64,000 bases of DNA from an uncultured Gemmatimonadales bacterium (GCA_963821525.1 CAWGED010000005.1:448001-512000); one strand, 5' to 3'. Positions 40,894-62,938 are shown, counted from the first letter of the stretch. Numbers and translations: made by a program. Notes: a model not told the origin generated them from the letters alone.

Positions 40894-41436
40894 ATGGAGT
40901 ACCGCTGGTACGCGATCCAGACCACCGCCGGTCACGAGAACAAGGTTCGCGGTCTTCTGGTACAGCGCATCGCGCAGGACCCCCGGCCCGAGGAGCAGCG
41001 GCTGATCCGTCAGGCGCTGGTGCCGGTGCAGGAGGTCATCGAGATCAAGAACGGCAAGAAGGTGACCGTAGAGCGGAAGCTCTATCCCGGTTACGTGCTG
41101 GTCGAGATGGCGATGAACCAGGAGAGCCTGCACGTCGTCAACAGCATTCAGGGCGTGATCAAGTTCGTGGGAGCCGGCCGCTTTCCTCAGCCGCTCCGGC
41201 AGGATGAAGTGAACCGTCTCCTCGGCATCGCCGAGGCGGTGGCGGAGGCGGAGCCGAAGGAGGAGATCCCCTTCCTGGTTGGCCAGGTGGTGGAGATCAC
41301 CGAGGGCCCCTTCTCCGACTTCAGCGGGACGGTCGAAGAAGTGCTGTCCGACAAGGGCAAGGTGAAGGTCTCGGTCAGCCTGTTCGGCCGGCCAACGAGC
41401 GTGGAATTGGATTATCTACAGTTGAGGGGTCATTAG
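40894..41436 (+). CDS. nusG: Transcription factor NusG
   Basis: WYAIQTTAGHENKV, LYPGYVLV, KOW domain GPFSDFSG. Confidence 0.96.
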   Translation: MEYRWYAIQTTAGHENKVRGLLVQRIAQDPRPEEQRLIRQALVPVQEVIEIKNGKKVTVERKLYPGYVLVEMAMNQESLHVVNSIQGVIKFVGAGRFPQPLRQDEVNRLLGIAEAVAEAEPKEEIPFLVGQVVEITEGPFSDFSGTVEEVLSDKGKVKVSVSLFGRPTSVELDYLQLRGH

Positions 41437-41437
41437 A

Positions 41438-41521
41438 GATTGCTGATTGCCGATTGCCGATTGCTGATTTGAAAACGAGTCGCAGTTCATTCAGCAATCA
41501 GCAATCAACAATCATCAATCT
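41438..41521. repeat. Palindrome of 7-nt tandem repeats (GATTGCY / AGCAATC)
   Basis: gattgct-gattgcc-gattgcc-gattgct ... agcaatc-agcaatc-aacaatc-atcaatc. Confidence 0.9.
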
Positions 41522-41592
41522 GCATCCCCCGCCACCGCGCGGTTTCGCGGGAGCCAACGGGTGGTTGAACCCGGGCGACACGAAGGAGAGGT

Positions 41593-42019
41593 ATGGCAAA
41601 GAAGGTCACCGCAGTCATCAAGCTGCAGTGTCCGGCTGGCGCAGCGAATCCCGCGCCGCCCGTGGGCACCGCGCTCGGTCCGCACGGCGTGAACATCATG
41701 GAGTTCTGCAAGCAGTTCAACGCCAGGACCCAGGGTCAGGCCGGGATGATCATCCCGGTGTTGGTCACGGTCTATCAGGACCGGACCTTCTCATTCATCA
41801 CCAAGACCCCGCCGGCCCCGAACCTCATTCTGAAGGAAGCGGGACTGGAGAAGGGAAGCGGCCAGCCCAACCGGACCAAGGTGGGGCGAGGTCACGCGCG
41901 CGCAGCTCAAGAAGATCGCCGAGCTCAAGATGGCCGACCTGAATGCGGCCGACCTCGACGGCGCGATGCGGATGATCGCGGGCACCGCGCGATCGATGGG
42001 CGTGGAGGTGGTGGACTGA
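41593..42019 (+). CDS. rplK: 50S ribosomal protein L11 (frameshift near 41885)
   Basis: [32 protein letters not shown]. Confidence 0.95.
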
Positions 42020-42708
42020 TGGCTACCGCCGGCAAGAGGTTCCGCGCCGCGGTCACCAAGGTGGACCGCACCAGGGAGTACGCCATCAGCGACGCCGTAG
42101 TACTCGTGAAGGCAGCCGCCTTCGCAAAGTTCAACGAAACGGTGGACGTCGCCGTACGGCTGGGCGTGGATCCCCGCCATGCGGACCAGGTCGTCCGCGG
42201 TACCGTCGTCCTGCCCCACGGCACCGGTAAGTCGGTCCGGGTGCTGGTCATCGCCCAGGGAGACAAGGCCAAGGAAGCCGAAGCCGCCGGGGCGGATTTC
42301 GCCGGCATGGAATTCATCCAGAAGCTCAAGGACGGCTGGTTGGAGTGCGACGTCATCGTCGCCACGCCGGACGTCATGGGGCAGTTGGGCCAGCTGGGCC
42401 GGATCCTCGGTCCCCGCGGCCTCATGCCGAATCCCAAGGCCGGGACCGTGACGATGGACGTGACCAAGGCCGTTCGGGAGATCAAGGCGGGCAAGATCGA
42501 GTTCCGGGTAGACAAGACGGGGAACGTTCACGCCCCGATCGGGAAGATCAATTTCTCGGCCCAGCAGCTCGCCGAGAATCTGCAGGCTTTCATGGATACG
42601 ATCGTCCGCGCCAAGCCGGCGGCGGCGAAGGGTCATTACATCCAGTCGGCGACGGTCTCCAGCACCATGGGCCCGGGCGTTCGGCTTGAAATGGCGGGTT
42701 ACCGATGA
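42019..42708 (+). CDS. rplA: 50S ribosomal protein L1
   Basis: [32 protein letters not shown]. Confidence 0.96.
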   Translation: MATAGKRFRAAVTKVDRTREYAISDAVVLVKAAAFAKFNETVDVAVRLGVDPRHADQVVRGTVVLPHGTGKSVRVLVIAQGDKAKEAEAAGADFAGMEFIQKLKDGWLECDVIVATPDVMGQLGQLGRILGPRGLMPNPKAGTVTMDVTKAVREIKAGKIEFRVDKTGNVHAPIGKINFSAQQLAENLQAFMDTIVRAKPAAAKGHYIQSATVSSTMGPGVRLEMAGYR

Positions 42709-43194
42709 GCAAAACCGAACGCCAAACCGAGGTCGAGGCCCTGACCGCGGAGCTCGCGGCGAGCCCGAACCTCTACGTCACCGATTTCCGCGGGCTCAAC
42801 GTGCTGCGGATGACGGAGTTCCGCCGCCGCCTGCGGGGAGCCGGTGCCCGCTACATCGTGGTCAAGAACACGCTGGCTCAGCGCGCGCTTGGCCGCCAAC
42901 AAGATCACCGGGCTGGACGAGTTCCTCGCCGGCCCGACCGGATTCGTCCTCAGCACCGACCCGCTGCCTGCGGCCAAGGTACTGACCGAGTTCGTCAAGG
43001 AGTTCGAGAAGCCGGCCATCAGGGCGGGCTTTGTGGACGGGGCCCCGGTCAACGTGGCTCATATCCAGCGGCTGGGAGCAATCCCATCGCGGGAAACGCT
43101 CCTCGCCATGGTGGCGGGGACGCTCAACAACATCGTCGCCTCATTCGCTGGCTGCCTCGAGGCGCTCCGCGAGCAGCGCAGCGCTGCTTCTTAA
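42705..43194 (+). CDS. rplJ: 50S ribosomal protein L10 (frameshift near 42890)
   Basis: [25 protein letters not shown]. Confidence 0.92.
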
Positions 43195-43215
43195 CCGTCG
43201 GGAGATAATGTCGAC

Positions 43216-43605
43216 ATGACTACCACAGCGCTTGGCAAGGAAGAGATCCTCGAAGCCATCGGCAAGATGAGCGTGCTCGAGCTCGCCGATCTGATCGAGG
43301 CCTTCAAGTCAAAGTTCAACGTCTCGATCGTCGCGGCCGCAGGAGCTGCCGGGGCGGGTGGGGCAGGCGGCGCGGCCCCGGCGGTCGAGGAGAAGACTGA
43401 GTTCGCCGTCATCCTCAAGGAAGCCGGTGCCAAGAAGATCCAGGTCATCAAGGTGGTGCGGGAACTGACCAGCCTGGGTCTGAAGGAGGCGAAGGACCTG
43501 GTCGATGGCACGCCGAGCACGGTGAAGGAAGGCGTGACCAAGGCCGAAGCCGAAGAGATGAAGAAGAAGCTGGAGGAGCAGGGAGCCGTCGTCGAACTGA
43601 AGTAG
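43216..43605 (+). CDS. rplL: 50S ribosomal protein L7/L12
   Basis: [25 protein letters not shown]. Confidence 0.97.
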   Translation: MTTTALGKEEILEAIGKMSVLELADLIEAFKSKFNVSIVAAAGAAGAGGAGGAAPAVEEKTEFAVILKEAGAKKIQVIKVVRELTSLGLKEAKDLVDGTPSTVKEGVTKAEAEEMKKKLEEQGAVVELK

Positions 43606-43800
43606 GGCCACGCCCTGTCCTGAGCGGTGTCGGCCCTCGGCCGATCCCGCGATGGATTTGGCCGAAACCCCTACTTCGGTGAGACGCATGACGGTTGAAA
43701 ACTGCTGGTAATTCTGATTGGTGCGTGCGCCCCGTGTGGCCCCTTCGCATTCGGCGAAGGGGCACGCGCCGGGGCCCTTTGTGTTGCGTGAGAGTGCCTG

Positions 43801-52826
<9,026 letters not shown>

Positions 52827-52869
52827 ACAGCCCAAGACCGCTCTTGTTGGCTGGACATTAATGGAGAGC

Positions 52870-52905
52870 GGCGCCCGGACGATAGTTCCGGGCGCCGTGA
52901 TTTTT
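52870..52905 (+). terminator. Rho-independent terminator after rpoC
   Basis: GGCGCCCGGA / TCCGGGCGCC stem followed by GTGATTTTT. Confidence 0.75.
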
Positions 52906-52964
52906 CGTCGGCAGGTATATTCGAAGTACTTCTTACAAACGTTCTTCGTTTCATACAGGCACCT

Positions 52965-55911
52965 ATGACCGTCCGATACCTTCGGACCGCCAGTGCAGTG
53001 GCCGTGTCCCTGATACTGGTTCAGTGCGGAGAACAAGGACAACAGCACACCGACGCCGGTCCCGGCGGAAATCGCCTACCTCTCGGGCGACGGGCAAACC
53101 GGGGCTGCCGGGTCGTTGCTTCCTCAGCCGATTGTCGCCGTGGTCACCGACGCTAACGGCGATCCGGTCTCGGGTGTCACCGTCACCATGGCCGCGACGC
53201 CGGGAGACGGGATTCTCTCCGTTAGTCAGCCCAAGACCGATCCCCAGGGACGGGTCGCCGCACAATGGACGCTGGGTGCACACGCCGGCGCGCAGAGCGC
53301 GACTGCGACCGTCAGCGGGCTCACCGGATCTCCGGTCACCTTCGGTGCCACCGCAACCACGACCGGTACGCTGAATCTCATTTCGGGTGATGGCCAGACC
53401 GGCGCAGACGGCACGCTCCTGCTGCCGCTGGTCGTGGAAGTGCGCGACAACAGCAACGTGGGTCAGCAGGGGGCCACGGTCAATGGCAAGTGACGAGCGG
53501 TGGCGGCTCATTGGATGCGACCACCACCACCACCGATCAGAATGGGCAGGCGAGGGTCAACTGGACCATGGGCCCCGGTCCCGGTAACCAGTCGGTTCGG
53601 GCGGCGAGCGCCGCGACCAATCCGGGCACCGTGGACTTCTCGGCCACGACAGTCGCTAGCGCAACCGTCTTCGATCTCAGGCATGGTGGCGACGGTGGAC
53701 TTCCCGGCTGCGCCACCTGCGTCGTTGCGCGTCTTACCGTCGTCCCGAACCGGCGGTATGACGGAAGGCGTCCGGCCGCTGCAGCGCACTCGATTGGCCG
53801 CGGTTGGTGGTATCGAATACACACCCGATGAGCTGATCGTGCACTTCAAGCCGGCGGCGATAGCGGCTCCGGGAATCCGTGCGATGCGTGTCCTCAGCAC
53901 CGCACAATCGGTTGCAGCGACGATGCGAGGTCGCCTCCTGGCTCACCTGGCGCCCGGGCGAGTGCGGCTGGACGGTGTCTCCCCCATCATCTCGACGGCA
54001 CGGATCAGAGTGGCGAACCCGGCCAAGCTCGACTCGGTCCGGGTCGAATTGCTCAGGAACCCGGCGGTGGCAAGCGTAAGCCGCGGACGCTGGATGCGGA
54101 CCGACGAGATCCCGGCGCGGCTTCGCGAGCCGGTTGTCACGCCTGACGATCCCAATTATCCCAACCAGTCGTGGCACTACACGATGATCGGCCTGCCCGA
54201 GGCATGGGCCATCACGACCGGAAGCAGCAACATCATCGTGGCCGTCGTCGACAACGGAATTCGCTTCGACCATCCAGCGCTGACCGCCAACCTTCGAAGC
54301 GACGGCTACGACTTCGTCTCCCAGACCAATGCGACCTTCTGTGCCGGAGGAACGACTAGTAACACCGGAGACGGAAACGGCTACGACTCCGATCCCACGA
54401 TTCCGGTGGACTACGATGTCCTGGGAAGCGGATGCCTGGGAGGCTTGGCCCAGTTTGGAGGACACGGCATTCACACCTCTGGTACCATCGGGGCCGTGGG
54501 GAACGACGGCGTGTCAGTCCTCGGGGTGAACTGGCACGTCGGTATCCGTCCGGTGAGGGTGCTCGGACTCTCCGGTGGGAGCGACTACGACGTGGCGCAG
54601 GGCATTCTGTACGCCGCGGGACTTCCGGCAGGCAACGAGCAGGGAGACTCCGCGGTCATCGCGCCTCCGGCGCAGGGTGCGCGGATCATCAACGTGAGCC
54701 TCGGCGGCGGGTGCAGCCTGGGGACCAACCCGGCTCCAGGAACGGACGTGCTGCACGACGCCGTGATGGCCGCGACCGACCCGGGCCTTCAAGGTGGAGC
54801 GCTCATCGTCGCGTCGGCCGGGAACAGCGCCAGCTCGGTGCCCAACTGTCCAGCGGCGTACCCCGAAGTGTTGTCGGTGTCGGCCGTGGGGCCGCAGGGG
54901 ACTCTGGCGAGCTATTCGAATTTCGGGCCAACGATCGACATCGCCGCGCCCGGCGGAGATATCGGCGCGAGCCCGCTGGTCAACTCGGCCGGCGACGGAA
55001 CCTGGGGCGTCTTCTCCACGGTCTGTGATTTTACGGTCGATCCCTGCACCCCGACCCAGGCACGCTACGAAGGGACCTCGATGGCGGCGCCGCATGTGAG
55101 TGGCGTTGCGGCACTCATTCTGGCCGCCAATCCCTCTCTCACGGCGGCTCAGCTCAGGAGCAGACTCCTGACCTATGCGGTGCCGGCGGGCCCGGCCAAC
55201 GCGTACGGCGCCGGCATAGTGAATGCGCGGAACAGCCTGTTGCAGAACATGGGACCCACCCGCCAGCTCTACGTCCGGTTGTACGACGCGATCACACTCA
55301 ATCCGGTCGCCACCATGGCCGCGACTGGCGGTGCCTACAGCTTCACTGGTCTCGCCGACGGGAGCTATCTGGTTTTCGCGGGTGAGGATGAGGATGGTGA
55401 CGGGCTCCTGGGTGTCCTGGGCCGGCGTTGGGGGGCATACGGCGGGGCGGGGGCGCCACGCAGTGTGACGGTGTCGTCCACGATCGGTGCGTACGCCTCT
55501 TTCCAGATCGGCAGCCCGCTGGAACACGAGGACGATGGGTCGATTAGTTCAGCGAGCCTGCTGGTGGACGGCACCTACCAGACCGGGACGGTCAGCACTG
55601 TCGAGTCGGATTTCTATCAAGTCGTGATTCAGACGGGGGGACTGCACACGTTCGAGACCAGCGGGTTCAATGGCGCCTATTGCTCCTATGGCCTCGAGCT
55701 GAACACCAACTTGCAGCTCTTCAATGCAGCGGGCACTGCGATCGGGACCGGCACCGACGACATCGCCGCCGGGGTGAACAACTACTGCTCTCGCCAGTCT
55801 GCGACGCTCGTCCCCGGCACCTACTACGTCCGGATCACTCCGGGAACCTTCTTTACCAGCGGAGTGCCGCATCAGGGGCGGTATCGCTTGGAGGCCGGGC
55901 AGGGGCCGTAG
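52965..55911 (+). CDS. Exported S8 (subtilisin-like) protease with N-terminal Ig-like domains and a C-terminal PPC-like domain (frameshifts in the 5' part)
   Basis: Triad motifs VAVVDNG, HGIHTSG, GTSMAAPHVSG, oxyanion SAGN; Big_1-like SGDGQTG...VTDANGDPVSGV. Confidence 0.9.
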
Positions 55912-56041
55912 AGGGGTCAGGTGTCAGGGAACAGGTGTCAGGGGTGTTGGGTTGTGGGTGGTGGGTGGTTGGGCCCCACCACCCACTCCCCACTACCTAC
56001 CACCTGGATCCCTGACCCCTGACACCTGATCCCTGACACCT
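55912..56041. repeat. Nested double palindrome of 7-nt tandem repeats
   Basis: Outer arms AGGKGTC / GACMCCT enclose inner arms TGGTGGG / CCCACYA. Confidence 0.88.
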
Positions 56042-56049
56042 GTGTCGCC

Positions 56050-56078
56050 TTGACCTAAGTCGTATCCGCCGCTACTGT
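56050..56078 (+). promoter_or_regulatory. Sigma70 promoter for rpsL
   Basis: TTGACC-N17-TACTGT ending 9 nt before the ATG. Confidence 0.65.
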
Positions 56079-56087
56079 TCGCGGTCT

Positions 56088-56486
56088 ATGCCGACTATTA
56101 ACCAGCTGGTTCGCTTCGGCCGCCGCTCGGTCGAGGCGAAGAACAAAGTGCCCGCCCTCAAAGCCAACCCGCTCAAGCGCGGCGTGTGCACCAGGGTCTA
56201 CACCACGACGCCCAAGAAGCCGAACTCGGCGCTCCGCAAAGTGGCGCGAGTGCGGCTTACCAACGGTTTCGAAGTTACCGCGTACATCCCCGGTGAAGGT
56301 CACAATCTGCAGGAACACTCGATCGTGCTCATTCGTGGCGGCCGCGTGAAGGACCTGCCCGGTGTGCGTTACCATATCGTGCGGGGCGCCCTCGATGCCG
56401 CGGGCGTCAACGACCGCAAGCAGAGCCGTTCGAAGTACGGCGCCAAGCGGCCCAAGGCCGCCGCAGGCAAGGGAGGTTCGAAGTGA
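56088..56486 (+). CDS. rpsL: 30S ribosomal protein S12
   Basis: [27 protein letters not shown]. Confidence 0.98.
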   Translation: MPTINQLVRFGRRSVEAKNKVPALKANPLKRGVCTRVYTTTPKKPNSALRKVARVRLTNGFEVTAYIPGEGHNLQEHSIVLIRGGRVKDLPGVRYHIVRGALDAAGVNDRKQSRSKYGAKRPKAAAGKGGSK

Positions 56487-56953
56487 GTCGTCGGAACAAG
56501 GCCGTCAAGCGTCCGGTTCCCCCCGATCCGCGGTACGACAGCCAGACCGTCTCCAAGTTCGTCAGCAACCTGATGTACCAGGGCAAGAAGAGCACTGCCG
56601 AGCAGATCTTCTACTCCGCCATGGACCTGATCGAAGAGCGCACCGGCCAGCCCGGTGTCACGGTCTTCAAGCAGGCGGTGAACAACGCCAAGCCCGCCCT
56701 CGAGGTGAAGAGCCGCCGGGTAGGCGGCGCCTCGCTGCAGGTCCCGGTCGAAGTGCGGCCCGAGCGGCGCACCGCGCTCGCCATGCGCTGGATCATCGAG
56801 TACTCCCGCGCGCGCACCGAGAAGAGCATGGAAGAGCGTCTCGCCGCGGAGCTGATCCTGGCCTCCAAGGGTGAGGGCAACACCATCAAGAAGAAGGAAG
56901 ACACCCACCGGATGGCCGAGGCCAACCGGGCGTTCGCGCACTATCGCTGGTAA
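56483..56953 (+). CDS. rpsG: 30S ribosomal protein S7
   Basis: [30 protein letters not shown]. Confidence 0.98.
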   Translation: MSRRNKAVKRPVPPDPRYDSQTVSKFVSNLMYQGKKSTAEQIFYSAMDLIEERTGQPGVTVFKQAVNNAKPALEVKSRRVGGASLQVPVEVRPERRTALAMRWIIEYSRARTEKSMEERLAAELILASKGEGNTIKKKEDTHRMAEANRAFAHYRW

Positions 56954-56988
56954 GGCGGTAGGGCGGGAAGCCGGTAGGGCGGGCAGAT

Positions 56989-57020
56989 GGGGCCGGAGCG
57001 ATCCGGCCCCTCGTGTTTCT
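56989..57020 (+). terminator. Terminator-like hairpin after rpsG, enclosed by 8-nt-period repeat arms (56954-57096)
   Basis: GGGGCCGGA-GCGA-TCCGGCCCC then TCGTGTTTCT. Confidence 0.65.
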
Positions 57021-57096
57021 GGGAAGCTCTAAATCCGCCCCGTCCACCTTCTTCTCCCGCCATCCCGGCCTACCGCCTGTCCCGCCAATGTCCGCC

Positions 57097-57124
57097 TTGA
57101 CCTAGCCCCGGAACTTGTTACCTT
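57097..57124 (+). promoter_or_regulatory. Sigma70 promoter upstream of the fusA leader
   Basis: TTGACC-N16-TACCTT with extended -10 TG; shares CGCCTTGACCTA with the rpsL promoter. Confidence 0.65.
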
Positions 57125-57130
57125 TCCCGG

Positions 57131-57340
57131 GCTTCGGTGGTTTCCGGACGCCAGTTTCGGGTCCTCTATCGAGCCGACATCGGATCATGTGAGCGCCGGT
57201 CCCAGGGTACTGGGACCCTGTGTGTCACCTCTGATCCTCCTGTAAGGGCGTCGATCCGACGCCCCAATGAACGCAGGACCTGCAATGGTCCCCCGTCTTG
57301 GGCGCTGCCCGGACGTGCGCGGAGCGATACCACCGGGAAA
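57131..57340 (+). ncRNA. Putative structured RNA / 5' leader of fusA-tuf-S10
   Basis: Closing stem CGGTGGT/ACCACCG encloses at least four hairpins. Confidence 0.6.
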
Positions 57341-57427
57341 TCCCCGGGCTCGGTCGCCCCGCTTTTTCGCTGGTGGAAGATGAGCTCTGCGACGCTGCAG
57401 CAATCCACGGCTGCAAAAGGGAATGGC

Positions 57428-59524
<2,097 letters not shown>

Positions 59525-59574
59525 GCGCAGTTCACTGATCGTCGATAGAACCGTTAGAACCACTCGAGGACCGT

Positions 59575-60775
59575 ATGGCCAAGGCCAAATTCGAGCGCAC
59601 CAAGCCGCACGTGAACGTGGGAACCATCGGCCACGTTGACCATGGAAAGACCACCACCACCGCCGCCCTCACCAAGGTGTCGGCCGACAAGGGGCTGGCC
59701 GCCTACATCCCGTACGACACGGTGGCGAAGGCCTCCGAGTCTCAGGGCCGCCGCGATGCGACCAAGATTCTCACGATCGCGACCAGCCACGTCGAGTACA
59801 GCACCGACAAGCGCCACTACGCGCACGTCGACTGCCCGGGCCACGCCGACTACGTGAAGAACATGATCACCGGCGCGGCGCAGATGGACGGCGCCATCCT
59901 GGTGGTCAGCGCCAGCGACGGGCCCGATGCCGCAGACCCGCGAGCACATCCTGCTCGCCCGTCAGGTGAACGTGCCCTCGATCGTGGTCTTCATGAACAA
60001 GTGCGACCTGGTCGAAGACGCCGAGCTGCTGGACCTGGTGGAGCTGGAAGTGCGTGAGCTGCTGAGCAAGTACGAGTTCCCGGGCGATGATCTGCCGGTG
60101 ATTCGCGGCTCCGCCACCGGCGCCATCAAGGGTGAGGAGCAGTGGGTCAAGAAGATGTGGGAGCTGCTCGACTCGCTCGACAACTACATCCCCCAGCCCA
60201 AGCGCGACGTCGAGAAGGCGTTCCTGATGCCGGTCGAGGACGTGTTCTCGATCACCGGCCGCGGCACGGTGGCGACCGGCCGTATCGAGCGGGGCAAGAT
60301 CAAGGTGGGCGAGGAAATCGCCCTGGTCGGCTTCGGCTCGGACAAGAAGTCGGTGGTGACCGGCGTCGAGATGTTCCGCAAGCTGCTGGACCATGGCGAG
60401 GCGGGCGACAACGTCGGCCTGCTGCTGCGCGGCGTTGAAAAGCACGAGATCGAGCGCGGCATGGTGCTGGCGAAGGCGGGCAGCATCACCCCGCATACCA
60501 AGTTCAACGCCGAGGTCTACGTCCTGACCAAGGAAGAGGGCGGACGGCACACCCCGTTCTTCAAGGGGTACCGGCCCCAGTTCTACTTCCGCACCACGGA
60601 CGTGACCGGCTCGGTGGAGCTGCCCGAGGGCGTCGAGATGGTCATGCCGGGCGACAACATCCAGATGATGATCGAGCTCATCACGCCGATCGCGATGGAT
60701 GAGGGCCTCCGTTTCGCCATCCGCGAGGGTGGGCGGACGGTGGGTGCTGGCGTCGTAACCAAGATTCTCAAGTAA
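59575..60775 (+). CDS. tuf: Elongation factor Tu (frameshift near 59925)
   Basis: [38 protein letters not shown]. Confidence 0.97.
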
Positions 60776-60784
60776 AGAGCCTTG

Positions 60785-60840
60785 AGCCGTCAGCCGTCAG
60801 CCATCAGTGCTGACGGCCGACGGCCGACGGCTGACGGCTA
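60785..60840. repeat. Palindrome of 7-nt tandem repeats (AGCCGTC / GCYGACG)
   Basis: agccgtc-agccgtc-agccatc ... gctgacg-gccgacg-gccgacg-gctgacg. Confidence 0.9.
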
Positions 60841-60862
60841 AAAGCCAGCGCGAGAGGCAGAC

Positions 60863-61171
60863 ATGGCACAGCGAATTCGCATCCGACTCAAGGCCTTCGA
60901 TCACGGCGTGCTGGATCAGGCCGCGGCCGACATCGTGCGCACCGCCGAGAAGACCGGGGCGCAGGTCTCGGGGCCCATTCCATTGCCGGTGAAGATCGAG
61001 CGGTGGACGGTGCTGCGTAGCCCGCATATCGACAAGAAGAGCCGGGAGCAGTTCGAGCTGCGCACTCACAAGCGCCTGCTGGACATCAACGACTCACGGC
61101 CGCAGACGATGGACGCGCTGACCAAGCTGGATTTGCCGGCCGGCGTGGACGTCGAGATCAAGGTCGAATAG
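60863..61171 (+). CDS. rpsJ: 30S ribosomal protein S10
   Basis: [21 protein letters not shown]. Confidence 0.98.
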   Translation: MAQRIRIRLKAFDHGVLDQAAADIVRTAEKTGAQVSGPIPLPVKIERWTVLRSPHIDKKSREQFELRTHKRLLDINDSRPQTMDALTKLDLPAGVDVEIKVE

Positions 61172-61173
61172 CC

Positions 61174-61797
61174 ATGGCGAATGGTTTGATCGGGCGGAAG
61201 CTCGGGATGACCCGGGTTTTCGCCGAGGACGGCGCCTCGGTGCCGGTCACCGTCATCGAAGCCGGACCGTGCCGGGTGGTGCAGGTGAAGACCGATGCGG
61301 TGCAGCTCGGCTTCGAGAGCCGGGGCAAGGCGCAGACGACGCGCGCGCTGCTGGGCCACGCCAAGAAGGCGGGGCTCGAGGCGGCGCCCTGGATCCTGCG
61401 CGAGTTCGCGCTGGGCGAAGCCCAGCACGCGGCGGGCGACACGGTCACCGTGGGGATCTTCGCCCCCGGTGAGCTGGTCAAGGTGACCGGCACGTCGAAG
61501 GGGCGCGGGTTTCAGGGCGTCGTGCACCGCTACGGCATCGGCGGTGGACCGGGGTCGCACGGCAACACCCGGCACCGGAAACCGGGCTCCATCGGCGCGG
61601 GCACCGATCCCTCGCGTGTCATCAAGGGCAAGAGGATGCCGGGCCACATGGGAGCGGAGCGCCACACCGAGCTGGGCCTCCGGGTGGTGAAGGTGGATGC
61701 CGAGCGGAATCTCCTGTTCGTCCGCGGCGCCGTTCCGGGAGCCAAGCATGGAATCCTGCTGGTGAACAAGCAGAAGGGCAGGAGCCGCCATGATTGA
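61174..61797 (+). CDS. rplC: 50S ribosomal protein L3
   Basis: GRKLGMTRVF, GTSKGRGFQG, KRMPGHMG. Confidence 0.97.
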   Translation: MANGLIGRKLGMTRVFAEDGASVPVTVIEAGPCRVVQVKTDAVQLGFESRGKAQTTRALLGHAKKAGLEAAPWILREFALGEAQHAAGDTVTVGIFAPGELVKVTGTSKGRGFQGVVHRYGIGGGPGSHGNTRHRKPGSIGAGTDPSRVIKGKRMPGHMGAERHTELGLRVVKVDAERNLLFVRGAVPGAKHGILLVNKQKGRSRHD

Positions 61798-62649
61798 AGC
61801 GCCGCATTTCTCGCCCGCCGGCTCGCGCAAGGGTTCGACTGCGCTGCCCGAGGCGTATCTTTGATGGGACTGTGCACGAGGCCTCGCTGCACCAGGCGGT
61901 TACGACCTATCTGGCCAATCAGCGGCAGGGCACGCACATGACCAAGACCCGGAGCTTCGTCTCCGGAGGCAACCAGAAGCCCTGGAAGCAGAAGGGCACC
62001 GGTCGCGCCCGCGCGGGCTCAACCCGCTCGCCGCTCTGGCCGGGTGGTGGTACTACCTTCGGACCTCAGCCGCGCGACTACCGGCTGGGAATTCCCCGCA
62101 AGGTGAAGCAGCTGGCCCGGAAGTCGGCGCTCAACGCCCGCGCTTCCGAAGGTGCGCTCTTCGTCGTGGAGCGGTTCGATCTCGACAGCCCCAAGACGGC
62201 GCGGGTCGTCGAATTGCTCGAGGCGATGGAAGTGGGCGGCAAGAAGGCGCTGCTCCTCACCCATGGCTTGAGTCAGGCTCTGGTGCTCTCCGCTCGGAAC
62301 ATCCCCCACGTCAACGTGCTGCCCTACCAGGATGCGTCGGCTTACGACGTCCTGTGGGCTGATGTCGTGATCGTCGAAGAGGGCGCCCTGAGCGGTGAGC
62401 CGGCCGAGCCCTTTGTCCGGCCGTTCGTTCCCGGCCCGAAGGCGGACGCCGGCAGTCAGGACGGAGCGTCCGGCCAAGGCCAAGCCCGCCAAGGAAGCGA
62501 AGCCCAAGGCCGCTCCCAAGGCGAAGGCCGCCAAGGCGTCGCCCAAGGCCAAGGCCAAGTCGGCGAAGCCCGCAGCCAGGAAGTCGGCCAAGGCGACCAA
62601 GGCCAAGGCCGCGAAGCCGGCCCCGAAGAAGAAGAAGGGGGGCAAGTAA
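61790..62649 (+). CDS. rplD: 50S ribosomal protein L4 with Lys/Ala-rich tail (frameshifted)
   Basis: RQGTHMTKTR, KPWKQKGTGRAR, GGGTTFGP. Confidence 0.93.
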
Positions 62650-62937
62650 ATGTCCACGCTGCACCAGGTGATCGTCCGCCCGGTCGTGACCGAGAAGAGC
62701 TCCGCCGCCTATCAGCTGCGGAAGGAATACACCTTCGAGGTGCATCCCGAGGCGAACAAGTATCAGATCAGCGAGGCGCTGCAGAAGCTGTTCGGCGTGA
62801 CCGTGACCCGGGTTCGCACCATGCAGATGCGGCGCAACGAGGTGGTGCGCGGGAAGACCCGCGGCGCGACCGCCCGGTGGAAGAAGGCGATCGTCACCCT
62901 GAAGGAAGGGGACCAGATCCCCGTGTTCGAGGGCTGA
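62650..62937 (+). CDS. rplW: 50S ribosomal protein L23
   Basis: [21 protein letters not shown]. Confidence 0.96.
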   Translation: MSTLHQVIVRPVVTEKSSAAYQLRKEYTFEVHPEANKYQISEALQKLFGVTVTRVRTMQMRRNEVVRGKTRGATARWKKAIVTLKEGDQIPVFEG

Positions 62938-62938
62938 G

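Noticed and set aside
41593..42708. L11-L1 fusion protein (371 aa)
   Set aside because: Artefact of one indel near 41885; the normal L11 end and TGATG junction are present at 42017-42021
57137..57427. 97-aa N-terminal extension of EF-G
   Set aside because: Starts immediately at the predicted TSS and spans the structured RNA; canonical EF-G begins at ATG 57428
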